DNA of 50,649 nt from positions 1-50,649 of the IMG/VR virus record IMGVR_UViG_3300024520_000005; one strand, 5' to 3'. Position numbers and translations under genes: made by a program. The stretch is from a virus. The notes under the pieces are model-generated. The model did not search any database. It was not told where the DNA came from and saw nothing but the letters and a program-made list of their open reading frames with translations. This document shows, piece after piece, positions 35,776 to 42,448 of the stretch; the stretch's first letter is position 1, and every line of letters starts with the position of its first letter.

Positions 35776-36338
35776 TATTGTTCTCCTTTGTCGTGATATA
35801 CCCTAAGTGGAACGCCATCATTGACGATTCCAGCAAGCTTGTCATAAATCCACATCTCGCCCCGCTGCTGAACAGTGGCCTTGTTGCCTATAATGGGTGT
35901 CATAGCTAATGACATAGAGGGATACCCGCTGACGATCCTGCGATCCACCTCATTGGTGTAGATGTCATATGAAGGCGGCAGGTCCCAGAACCAATGCTCT
36001 AAGCCTAGGTTGATACGAGGGCTAGACTGATAGCTGAAGAAGTATATCATCGAGCCATTGGGCATCTCAAGCTCGGCCCAGCCCGAACTCCATGCTGGTG
36101 TCTTCACATCCCCGCCCATGTCAGGCAATAAGGACAGCAGCTTGGGCCATAGGTTATGCGGGAACAGGGACATAGCCATTGTGCCCAACCCAACCTCTAC
36201 AGGCTTCTCGGCTGTGCATACCTGCACCATCTTCGTCAGTAAGGCCATAGTCTTCCCGCTCTGCACCCCCGCCAGTAGGATGGACAAGCCTTCATCCTTG
36301 TCGTCTATAAATGCCTGTGGCTTATCTCTAAATGTCAT
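35775..36338 (-). CDS. TerL ATPase-domain paralogue lacking the nuclease domain (187 aa)
   Basis: Start at the ATG after AGAGGAGG. Colinear blocks with TerL: LLAGVQSGKTMALL vs LLRSGVQRGKTWALL, WSSGWAELEMPNGSMIYFFSY vs WGSGWAAVPFASGSIVNFHAY, FWDLPP vs FCDEQPP, LAMTP vs ISCTP. Confidence 0.65.
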   Translation of the reverse strand: MTFRDKPQAFIDDKDEGLSILLAGVQSGKTMALLTKMVQVCTAEKPVEVGLGTMAMSLFPHNLWPKLLSLLPDMGGDVKTPAWSSGWAELEMPNGSMIYFFSYQSSPRINLGLEHWFWDLPPSYDIYTNEVDRRIVSGYPSMSLAMTPIIGNKATVQQRGEMWIYDKLAGIVNDGVPLRVYHDKGEQ

Positions 36339-36391
36339 ATTGTTTATTCCTCCTCTTTTGGTATATCGCATAGCATCTAATGTTGACGACA

Positions 36392-36580
36392 TCAGCCTTC
36401 CTGCTCTTTCCATACATTCTGCCTAAAGCATTCCCCGCATCGCTTAGGATGCCCCTTACAGCCCTTCACGGACTTCATACAGAAGCCAGCAGTGGGATAG
36501 TTCCCGCGCTCCTTGGCTGTACGCTGCTTCATGGTGCCGTCATTGCCTGCTACGCCACCCATCTCAGATGTTAGGCTCAT
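36392..36580 (-). CDS. small Cys-rich protein (62 aa)
   Basis: GGAGGG 9 nt upstream of the ATG. CMKSVKGCKGHPKRCGEC. Confidence 0.45.
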   Translation of the reverse strand: MSLTSEMGGVAGNDGTMKQRTAKERGNYPTAGFCMKSVKGCKGHPKRCGECFRQNVWKEQEG

Positions 36581-36803
36581 TGCTTGTTCCCTCCTGTGGT
36601 TGCCATCCCTGCCCCTGTCTACGCCTGTGAATCCCCACAATGGGATTCCCCGCCAGCCTCTTCCCGCGAGCGCATCCTATGGCACAATATATCCATGTGC
36701 TTTTCCCGCGAGAGGCGCAAAGGCCAGCCCCAGCTAAGGCCCTACTCTTGCATCTGTCGTCGCTAAGCAGTGATTCATTATAGCCAAGATCACACGCGAT
36801 CAT
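36564..36803 (-). CDS. hypothetical protein (79 aa), weak call
   Basis: ATGA overlap with the upstream stop. Competing ORFs exist on both strands. Confidence 0.3.
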   Translation of the reverse strand: MIACDLGYNESLLSDDRCKSRALAGAGLCASRGKSTWIYCAIGCARGKRLAGNPIVGIHRRRQGQGWQPQEGTSNEPNI

Positions 36804-37084
36804 TGCTTCCTCCATCTCATTAGCTTCTTTATCGCCGCCTTCAGCCATTTATCAGGCTTAGGGCGGGAACACACTGATGTCATGCGTGTAAGGGCTAGCT
36901 TATCCTGAAGCTGGCTTATGCGCCGAAGCAGCATGTGACGTTCTGCCTCCAGCTTGGGAACAAGCTCTCGCCATTTCCAATGCTCATGATACATATGCCG
37001 AAGCCGCCCCGCTTCCGCTAGCTCTGTCACCCTGTCGATATCCATCAGGTCGAGATTGCCGCCGTATGGCATAATGTCGTTCAT
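36800..37084 (-). CDS. hypothetical protein (94 aa)
   Basis: Track ORF, AAGGATGGGG upstream. Confidence 0.55.
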   Translation of the reverse strand: MNDIMPYGGNLDLMDIDRVTELAEAGRLRHMYHEHWKWRELVPKLEAERHMLLRRISQLQDKLALTRMTSVCSRPKPDKWLKAAIKKLMRWRKQ

Positions 37085-37142
37085 GCTGCCCCATCCTTGC
37101 CCAATACCGCAAACTCTCTCTCCGCATGTTTCAGTAGATTAC

Positions 37143-38120
37143 TCATTGCTTCCCCTCCTTGTCCAGCCCGTTCTCGGCTATGATGGCGCGGCAGATGTCT
37201 GTGGTGTAATGTTGCCTGTCAAAATGATTCTCGCCACTAGGCGTATTGGGATTGATGTGATGGAACTTGACGCAAGCATATTCATCCGAGGCTCCATATC
37301 CCACCACAACCATCTTCACGCCGCAATGAGTCACTTCCTTCCCCAGGGGCAACAACGCCTTGATGGGAGCCATCTCAGCCTCCTGTTTATCCTTGGATAT
37401 CTGAAGGGCTAGTGTGGCCAGGTCTTCGATGGCCTTGTCGCGCTCGGCTATCAGGGCGGCAACCTGCTTAGTATGCTCCGTGGATCTGTAGTCTGCCGTC
37501 TTGCACATGCTCTCCAGTCTCTTTAAGCGATATCCATTCGTAGCTTCCAGCTCCGCAATCCGCTTCTTTCCGAATATGTCCATGATTCTCCCCTTCTTTG
37601 TTGGTGTAGCTGCAATATAGTTCATGTCGTGTTTCCGAGCTAGCGACCATTGCTCGTAGTCAGCAGAGGTCATCCTGCTTGTTTCATCCATACCATTAGC
37701 CCCGCTCGTTGCTAAGTCGTACCATTCCTCAACTATGTGATGCCCCTGAGCTACCAGTTCGGAATAGCCAATGTGCCTAGCTTCCTCTGCCCCTGATCGC
37801 GGCGGCAGGGCATCCTTCAGCATCCATTTAGCCTCACAGCCACCTACCTTGCCGCCCCGCATGGCATCTGTGATCGCGCCGTTAGCTGCCCATTCGTTGT
37901 ACACATGATCGAGATACGCCTTGTCCAGCTTGAATGCCAAGCCGCGAATACGCTTAGTCGGCTTCCACCAGCAGGCGTCCTTCTCTTTCTCTCTCATCTT
38001 ACAGTATGTAAGGCTGCTTTTATACACCTCCTCTGTGTTATGCTCCCGCATCTCGGCCTCAGTCGGCACATGCCCACGACTTATCTTCAGATTCCATTCT
38101 CGGGCTTCGTCTGCATTCAT
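37143..38120 (-). CDS. hypothetical protein (325 aa)
   Basis: Start at the ATG with an ATGA overlap. No recognisable motif. Confidence 0.6.
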   Translation of the reverse strand: MNADEAREWNLKISRGHVPTEAEMREHNTEEVYKSSLTYCKMREKEKDACWWKPTKRIRGLAFKLDKAYLDHVYNEWAANGAITDAMRGGKVGGCEAKWMLKDALPPRSGAEEARHIGYSELVAQGHHIVEEWYDLATSGANGMDETSRMTSADYEQWSLARKHDMNYIAATPTKKGRIMDIFGKKRIAELEATNGYRLKRLESMCKTADYRSTEHTKQVAALIAERDKAIEDLATLALQISKDKQEAEMAPIKALLPLGKEVTHCGVKMVVVGYGASDEYACVKFHHINPNTPSGENHFDRQHYTTDICRAIIAENGLDKEGKQ

Positions 38121-38335
38121 CTTCCCCCCTCCATTACTGCCCTCATTCCATCCCACAAGTATTTAGACGCAGCCTCACACATCAGCCTCGGCATCCTGCG
38201 TACCGCAAGCGGCGTCTTGCGCCTATCCTTAGCCACGCCAAGCAGGAATGCCCTGCCTTCTGGCGTTGCCCGTAGCAGGCTGTCGTCGCCAGAATGAGCG
38301 CAGGCCATGATTGCGTCGAATAAAGACTGTTTCAT
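38117..38335 (-). CDS. hypothetical protein (72 aa)
   Basis: ATGA overlaps at both ends, GGAAGAAGGGGG upstream. Confidence 0.5.
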   Translation of the reverse strand: MKQSLFDAIMACAHSGDDSLLRATPEGRAFLLGVAKDRRKTPLAVRRMPRLMCEAASKYLWDGMRAVMEGGR

Positions 38336-38619
38336 CTTGCCCCCTTCTTCCATTGCTCCAGAGACACATAATAGCCGCCGCCATGAATATCGAAACAAAA
38401 CCAGTCTGTCCCCTCCTTGCCATCAAAGCCAAGTGGCCTCACATCACTGCCGCTTGGTCGGCGCAGATAAAGGCAGCTAGGCATCTCCTCCTTTGCAGCC
38501 GCGTATCCATCCTTGTACCCGCCATGAGCACCCGCGCATCCACCCATCCATAGGAATACAATAGCCACCACTCCCCATTTCACTATCCAATCCCTGTCTG
38601 CTTGCGCCTCTGTCATCAT
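38332..38619 (-). CDS. small membrane protein (95 aa)
   Basis: ATGA overlaps at both ends, GGAGGGG upstream. One TM segment (WGVVAIVFLWMGGCAGA). Confidence 0.5.
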   Translation of the reverse strand: MMTEAQADRDWIVKWGVVAIVFLWMGGCAGAHGGYKDGYAAAKEEMPSCLYLRRPSGSDVRPLGFDGKEGTDWFCFDIHGGGYYVSLEQWKKGAR

Positions 38620-38783
38620 CTCATCCCCTCCCTCATCTTCCGCAGATCCATCTCGCGCTGACGCGGCGGCATATGCTTCCATTCAGCCTTGAAGCCCCGC
38701 AGAATTGGCTTCCAAGGATAACCCGTCATGGCAGCAAGCTGTCTAGCATAGCGTGAAAGCGTCTTAGCTGTCTTGGCGTTCAT
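38616..38783 (-). CDS. hypothetical protein (55 aa)
   Basis: AAGGGGGA SD. Below the track's size cut-off. Confidence 0.45.
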   Translation of the reverse strand: MNAKTAKTLSRYARQLAAMTGYPWKPILRGFKAEWKHMPPRQREMDLRKMREGMR

Positions 38784-38862
38784 GATTCATCCCCCTTTCT
38801 CAGATATCCTTGTTTTATCGAACTCATTGGCATTAGATACCCTTGCTTTGTGAAAGCCGTAA

Positions 38863-38939
38863 TGGTCGAGGCGGCAGGACTCGAACCTGCAACTGCCGCG
38901 CCCCAAACGCGACCTGCTAGCCAATTGCATTACGCCTCG
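38863..38939 (-). tRNA. tRNA-Pro (anticodon UGG), CCA encoded
   Basis: Hand-folded cloverleaf. 7-bp acceptor stem CGAGGCG/CGCCTCG with C1-G72 and A73 (bacterial tRNA-Pro identity). D-loop contains GG. Anticodon loop UU-UGG-GG with G37. T-arm GCAGG-TTCGAGT-CCTGC. Confidence 0.9.
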
Positions 38940-38951
38940 CTTTTGTGATGC

Positions 38952-39146
38952 TCATCGCTTAACCCTAGTCCCAGGCAACCCTTCCAGTACCATCATCTTT
39001 TTGCCAAAGGACTTAACCTTAAATTCCCCGCCCTTGACCTTGACATACTCGCCAATGCTGAAGATTATGTCTTCATTCCCAGCTCGCTTCTCGTGCGCCA
39101 ACATCTCGGCATCCAGTCTTACCATTGTTCCATCATCGCTCTGCAT
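38952..39146 (-). CDS. hypothetical protein (64 aa)
   Basis: Internal ATG of the track ORF, preceded by GGAAGGGG. Confidence 0.5.
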   Translation of the reverse strand: MQSDDGTMVRLDAEMLAHEKRAGNEDIIFSIGEYVKVKGGEFKVKSFGKKMMVLEGLPGTRVKR

Positions 39147-39147
39147 A

Positions 39148-39438
39148 TTATTCCCCTTCCTTTTTTGTTTTGTGATACTCATTCCAGAAAGCCCTATTCA
39201 TTTCCCCGATATGCCCTGCTATTTCCTCATTCATGCGAAGCATTGTCCGCAATGCTGTCTGCTTGGACCTAGCTATCTTCTCGCGTATCGGCGGATAGCA
39301 CAACGCACTATGCCATAGCTCATGGCTCACAATGCCCGCGCCCAAGTCCTGCTCACTCAAGCACATGATAGCATAGATGCCGTCACAGGGGTCCCACTTG
39401 AGCCGCAGCAATGCGCCAAGGTATTTCTTGTTATCCAC
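39148..39438 (-). CDS. small HExxH metallopeptidase-motif protein (96 aa), GTG start
   Basis: IVSHELWHSAL motif. The start codon at 39436-39438 is GTG. Confidence 0.4.
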   Translation of the reverse strand: MDNKKYLGALLRLKWDPCDGIYAIMCLSEQDLGAGIVSHELWHSALCYPPIREKIARSKQTALRTMLRMNEEIAGHIGEMNRAFWNEYHKTKKEGE

Positions 39439-39495
39439 AGGGAAACCCGTCTTCGCGTCCAGCCTATCTATCCCCCCTGTTCATCGTGTACCTCG

Positions 39496-39509
39496 TCGCA
39501 TATATGCGA
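39496..39509. promoter_or_regulatory. perfect 14-bp palindrome TCGCATATATGCGA (operator candidate)
   Basis: Read directly. Lies in the 119-bp gap between the HTH gene and the HExxH gene. Confidence 0.4.
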
Positions 39510-39557
39510 ACCTCAAGCCTGTATAGCTTGCCTGTCTTGTGCTCGGTAGTAAGTAGA

Positions 39558-39770
39558 TTAAAGTGGCGCATTGGGATTCTCAGCTTTCTTAGTCTTGGCT
39601 CGCATGATCCCCCGCTTACCAGCCACATATTCGATAACACTGAGCAGCTGACTAGGAACCACCTTCCCTAAACGCTTGTGTTCCCTGATAGCACGATCAC
39701 TCTGCCCCGTTAGCTCAGCTATGTGATGCAGGCTATAAAACCACTTTCTTCGATTGTCATAATCTCTCAT
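39558..39770 (-). CDS. small helix-turn-helix DNA-binding protein (70 aa)
   Basis: LHHIAELTGQSDRAIREHKRLGK HTH-like segment. First gene after the promoter at 39824-39852. Confidence 0.5.
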   Translation of the reverse strand: MRDYDNRRKWFYSLHHIAELTGQSDRAIREHKRLGKVVPSQLLSVIEYVAGKRGIMRAKTKKAENPNAPL

Positions 39771-39823
39771 ACGTATATTACCGCCTACGAGTTAATACAC
39801 GCTATTTCGTGCATTAGAGGGAT

Positions 39824-39852
39824 AATCTACAGGAAGTCGCGCTGGCTGTCAA
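39824..39852 (-). promoter_or_regulatory. sigma70-type promoter on the minus strand (TTGACA-17-TAGATT)
   Basis: The reverse complement reads TTGACA gccagcgcgacttcctg TAGATT. It lies about 50 nt upstream of the HTH gene start. Confidence 0.55.
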
Positions 39853-39970
39853 CCATCTTTCTGAAAAAGGGACCTGCTGACAGCCGAAAGGGTAGCCGCC
39901 AGCAGGCCCCAGAGGGACGTGTCAATGCGCTAGCCACACCAACACCATGCTACATGCAACTCCTGCGAAG

Positions 39971-40227
39971 GAATACCACCATAGCAGGGCATCATTGCGG
40001 CGTCAAGTAGTATCCCATCCCCCCACAGGAGGCTCTCAGAGGCGCGTGAGGGCGTTAGCTGCCAGAATGCAGGCAAGGACAGGGGGAGGGAGGGGATCGG
40101 GGCTTGTAGGCATACGTGAAGGCCCAGAACAGGGACAGGATTACCGCCATAGCAGGAAGCAGCAGGGAATACACAGGAAGCAGGCAGGGATGCAGGCGTG
40201 TATGCAGGGAATTACCGCTGGACAGGG
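39971..40227 (+). repeat. three dispersed iteron-like copies of GAATTACCGCCATAGCAGG within a purine-skewed non-coding region
   Basis: GAATACCACCATAGCAGGG (39971), GGATTACCGCCATAGCAGGA (40138), GGAATTACCGCTGGACAGGG (40208). Many GCAGG/CAGGGA units lie between them. Confidence 0.6.
40082..40102 (+). other. canonical G-quadruplex-forming motif
   Basis: GGGGG-A-GGG-A-GGGG-ATC-GGGG: four G-runs of 3 or more with loops of 1-3 nt. Confidence 0.5.
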
Positions 40228-40631
40228 AAGGAAGGGCAGGCAAGGAAGGGGTAGGTGTAGAACGTGCATGCCCGTTATACACCAATAGGGCAGGGATGGC
40301 AAGGATTAAGGCAGGGAGCGGAAAGCAAGGTGGGGGTGTGGGGGCATTTTTAGAGGAACCGGTTTATACATACACATAGGCCCCCCAGCGGGGGAGGGCT
40401 ACGGGCATCCCCCCACCCCCTTGATCTCCCTGCTGCCGTTGCCTTTCGTTGCCTGCCTGCTACTCCTGCCGGCTATCAGCGAGCCTGTACGCCACGACAA
40501 GGCATACCATATGTAGCATTCTTGTATATCCAGGTGCGGAGGGTGCGAAGGAAAGTCAATGAATATAGGGTGATTAGGGCTAAGGTCGTATAATGTACGT
40601 TGTGTCTACTCGCAGGAAAGGCCCGTAGACA

Positions 40632-41108
40632 CTAGCTGAATAGCTTTTTGCGGTCGTCATTACGCGATTCGTAGGTTGTAGGCTCTAATTCTGGTTCGGA
40701 TTGCTTCAGTTTGATAGCTGAGTTAACAGCTTGTGTACCAACAGCCTTAAGGGACGCGGCATCTTGAACCGTTTTAACCTGTATATCCCCGTCTATGATT
40801 GCATCTCTGATTAGCTTGTTACATGCATGTGCTATGCTTAGATCCTCAGCTGCTATCACGGAAGCCCCTACATGCTTCAGCTTGTCTATGGTTGCTACGT
40901 ATCTGCCCTTAAGCGTATATGCCGTCCTTGTACTGATACCATTCATCTTGGCAGCTCTTTCCGCTCCGAAGAATGCTATATCTATCAGTGTATCTGTATC
41001 CTTGGCAGGTATGTCATCCGGTACTATAGACAATATCTGAACAGCCTTATCTTTTGTTTCTACCTGCTTAGCTATTCTCTTTTCCATTGTGTGTTTATGT
41101 ATAGTCAT
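40632..41108 (-). CDS. HTH DNA-binding protein (158 aa); regulator or small-terminase-like, unresolved
   Basis: Start moved to the first in-frame ATG (no stop before the protein body) downstream of the promoter at 41143-41171. AERAAKMNGISTRTAYTLKGRY HTH-like segment. No SD. Confidence 0.45.
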   Translation of the reverse strand: MTIHKHTMEKRIAKQVETKDKAVQILSIVPDDIPAKDTDTLIDIAFFGAERAAKMNGISTRTAYTLKGRYVATIDKLKHVGASVIAAEDLSIAHACNKLIRDAIIDGDIQVKTVQDAASLKAVGTQAVNSAIKLKQSEPELEPTTYESRNDDRKKLFS

Positions 41109-41142
41109 AATCTTGCATGATGATTGTTTAGATAACGCCGGA

Positions 41143-41171
41143 ATCATAAAGTACGCCGCTCCCCTTGTCAA
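41143..41171 (-). promoter_or_regulatory. near-consensus sigma70 promoter on the minus strand (TTGACA-17-TATGAT)
   Basis: The reverse complement reads TTGACA aggggagcggcgtactt TATGAT. It lies inside the long track ORF 40632-41219, which argues for the shorter CDS. Confidence 0.6.
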
Positions 41172-41238
41172 TAGCTGATTGCTGGCCCGTCCTGTACGGT
41201 GTCCGTGTATGTCTGTCATATGTCAGGATTACGCCGAA

Positions 41239-41266
41239 ATGCCTGATTATGCCTGATATGCCTGTT
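41239..41266 (+). repeat. tandem 9-10 nt repeat ATGCCTGAT(T) x3
   Basis: ATGCCTGATT ATGCCTGAT ATGCCTGTT. Further single copies at 41381-41389 and 41502-41510. Confidence 0.75.
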
Positions 41267-41424
41267 TCCAGGCTCGCAGGATGCCCCTACAAGCCGCGAT
41301 CTACCCCCTGCCCCTTATGTTCCCCTAGGCTATTTTGCGCGCCTTGTGAGTGTCGTGCTAGGCTATGGTTACTATACAGGATGCCTGTTGTAGTGTGTGT
41401 GTATGGTAATGGATGATAACGCCG

Positions 41425-41449
41425 CAATCTTTCTCAATCTTTACAATCT
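41425..41449 (+). repeat. CAATCT x3 at helical (9-10 nt) spacing
   Basis: CAATCTttctCAATCTttaCAATCT. A fourth copy at 41609-41614 shares the flank AACGC(C/G)GCAATCTT. Confidence 0.7.
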
Positions 41450-41613
41450 GATTCTCATTCTGTCCACAGTGTAAAATGTGAGAATGCTGTTGCGTCCTTT
41501 TTGCCTGATTCTATCTGTTCAGGTATGCTGTAGTATGCTGGTATATATCATGTATGAGAATATATGCTAGTATATGGGATCATTTGCAGGAATTGTATAA
41601 GAACGCGGCAATC

Positions 41614-41631
41614 TTGGCATGGTTGGCATGG
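41614..41631 (+). repeat. tandem TTGGCATGG x2
   Basis: Read directly. It overlaps a possible -35 (TTGGCA) lying 15 nt before TATAAG at 41644-41649. Confidence 0.6.
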
Positions 41632-41686
41632 CTACTGCTAATGTATAAGGCGCAATGAGCAAATCAATCAATGAGAGGGGACGAAC

Positions 41687-41866
41687 ATGAGCAACCACGA
41701 ACCACTGACGAAGCGGGAAGCGGCATGTGGCGTATGCAATACCCGCAAGCCTATGCACGACGATGATATCTGCGAAACGTGCGACCTGATAGCAATCTCT
41801 ACGCATTGCCGAAAGAAAGCCGCACAAGCTATCTTGAAATCACGTAAGCAATCGAGCAAACCCTAA
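41687..41866 (+). CDS. small zinc-ribbon protein (59 aa), first gene of the plus arm
   Basis: CAATGAGAGGGG element 8 nt upstream. CGVC...CETC pairs. Just under the track cut-off, and the track shows only antisense ORFs here. Confidence 0.5.
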   Translation: MSNHEPLTKREAACGVCNTRKPMHDDDICETCDLIAISTHCRKKAAQAILKSRKQSSKP

Positions 41867-41905
41867 AGCGTAAGACCGAGATGATCAAAGCACTATAACC
41901 TAAAC

Positions 41906-41925
41906 ACACTCACTGCAATGAGAGG
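41906..41925 (+). promoter_or_regulatory. conserved 20-nt element ACACTCACTGCAATGAGAGG (copy 1)
   Basis: Identical 20-mer at 42290-42309. Ends 8 nt before the ATG at 41934. Confidence 0.7.
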
Positions 41926-41933
41926 AGCACGCC

Positions 41934-42284
41934 ATGAAGACATACAATGAATTAACGGATACAGAGAAGATCCAAGCAAGAAACGCGTCACTCACATCTC
42001 TATTGACCGCTATCACAGAGGGATTGCGGTTCGATGACGAGTCAAATAGCAACACACTACAGGCCTCTATTGATGCAGCATTCATGGAAGCGGAACAAAA
42101 TCAAACACCTTGGTTTGCCCATGAATTCATATTGGAAGCGCGCTACACTCCATGTGAGAAGGGCATGGCAGATAGTGACGGACTGCGCGCCGTACGAGAT
42201 GAACTTGACGGCATGGCGTTATGTGACGCAGAAGACGCGCTATATTCAGAGCATACAGAGAATATAGTGCCTGGTATAGCCTAA
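41934..42284 (+). CDS. hypothetical acidic protein (116 aa)
   Basis: Track ORF preceded by the conserved element. Confidence 0.6.
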   Translation: MKTYNELTDTEKIQARNASLTSLLTAITEGLRFDDESNSNTLQASIDAAFMEAEQNQTPWFAHEFILEARYTPCEKGMADSDGLRAVRDELDGMALCDAEDALYSEHTENIVPGIA

Positions 42285-42289
42285 GCATA

Positions 42290-42309
42290 ACACTCACTGC
42301 AATGAGAGG
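42290..42309 (+). promoter_or_regulatory. conserved 20-nt element ACACTCACTGCAATGAGAGG (copy 2)
   Basis: Identical to 41906-41925. Ends 10 nt before the ATG at 42320. Confidence 0.7.
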
Positions 42310-42319
42310 GATACACACC

Positions 42320-42433
42320 ATGCTTAAACCCTACACAAAAATCCTACGCTGCCTGTCTTGTGGCTGGCACCATAGGAGCAATCAGCAATGCGAATGTAAA
42401 CGCGAAGCCAAGAAATCTAAACCAGCAGCATAA
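42320..42433 (+). CDS. small Cys-rich protein (37 aa)
   Basis: Preceded by the conserved element. CLSC...CEC. Confidence 0.4.
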   Translation: MLKPYTKILRCLSCGWHHRSNQQCECKREAKKSKPAA

Positions 42434-42448
42434 AGAAGGGGATGCATT

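Noticed and set aside
39947-40379. Track ORFs 39947-40288(+), 40116-40379(+) and 40055-40285(-) inside the G-rich island
   Set aside because: The translations are low-complexity (R/G/Q or P/S/L runs) produced by the GCAGG/GGAAGG repeats. There are no SD sites and they overlap each other in different frames. Treated as non-coding.
40589-40594. Perfect TATAAT on the plus strand
   Set aside because: There is no acceptable -35 at 16-18 nt and no TG extension. It would only drive antisense RNA into the HTH gene. Expected by chance in 50 kb.
40632-41219. Full-length 195-aa version of the HTH gene starting at 41219
   Set aside because: A TTGACA-17-TATGAT promoter lies inside its first 25 codons, and the extra N-terminus is non-descript with no SD. 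I prefer the start at 41108.
41239-41449. Short tandem repeats, considered as a possible CRISPR-like array
   Set aside because: The units are only 6-10 nt with no spacers of CRISPR size. They look like iterons or operators.
41567-41859. Minus-strand track ORFs 41567-41827 and 41668-41859 in the control region
   Set aside because: They overlap a plus-strand 59-aa zinc-ribbon ORF that has the conserved upstream element and starts the rightward arm. The minus ORFs have no SD or promoter context.
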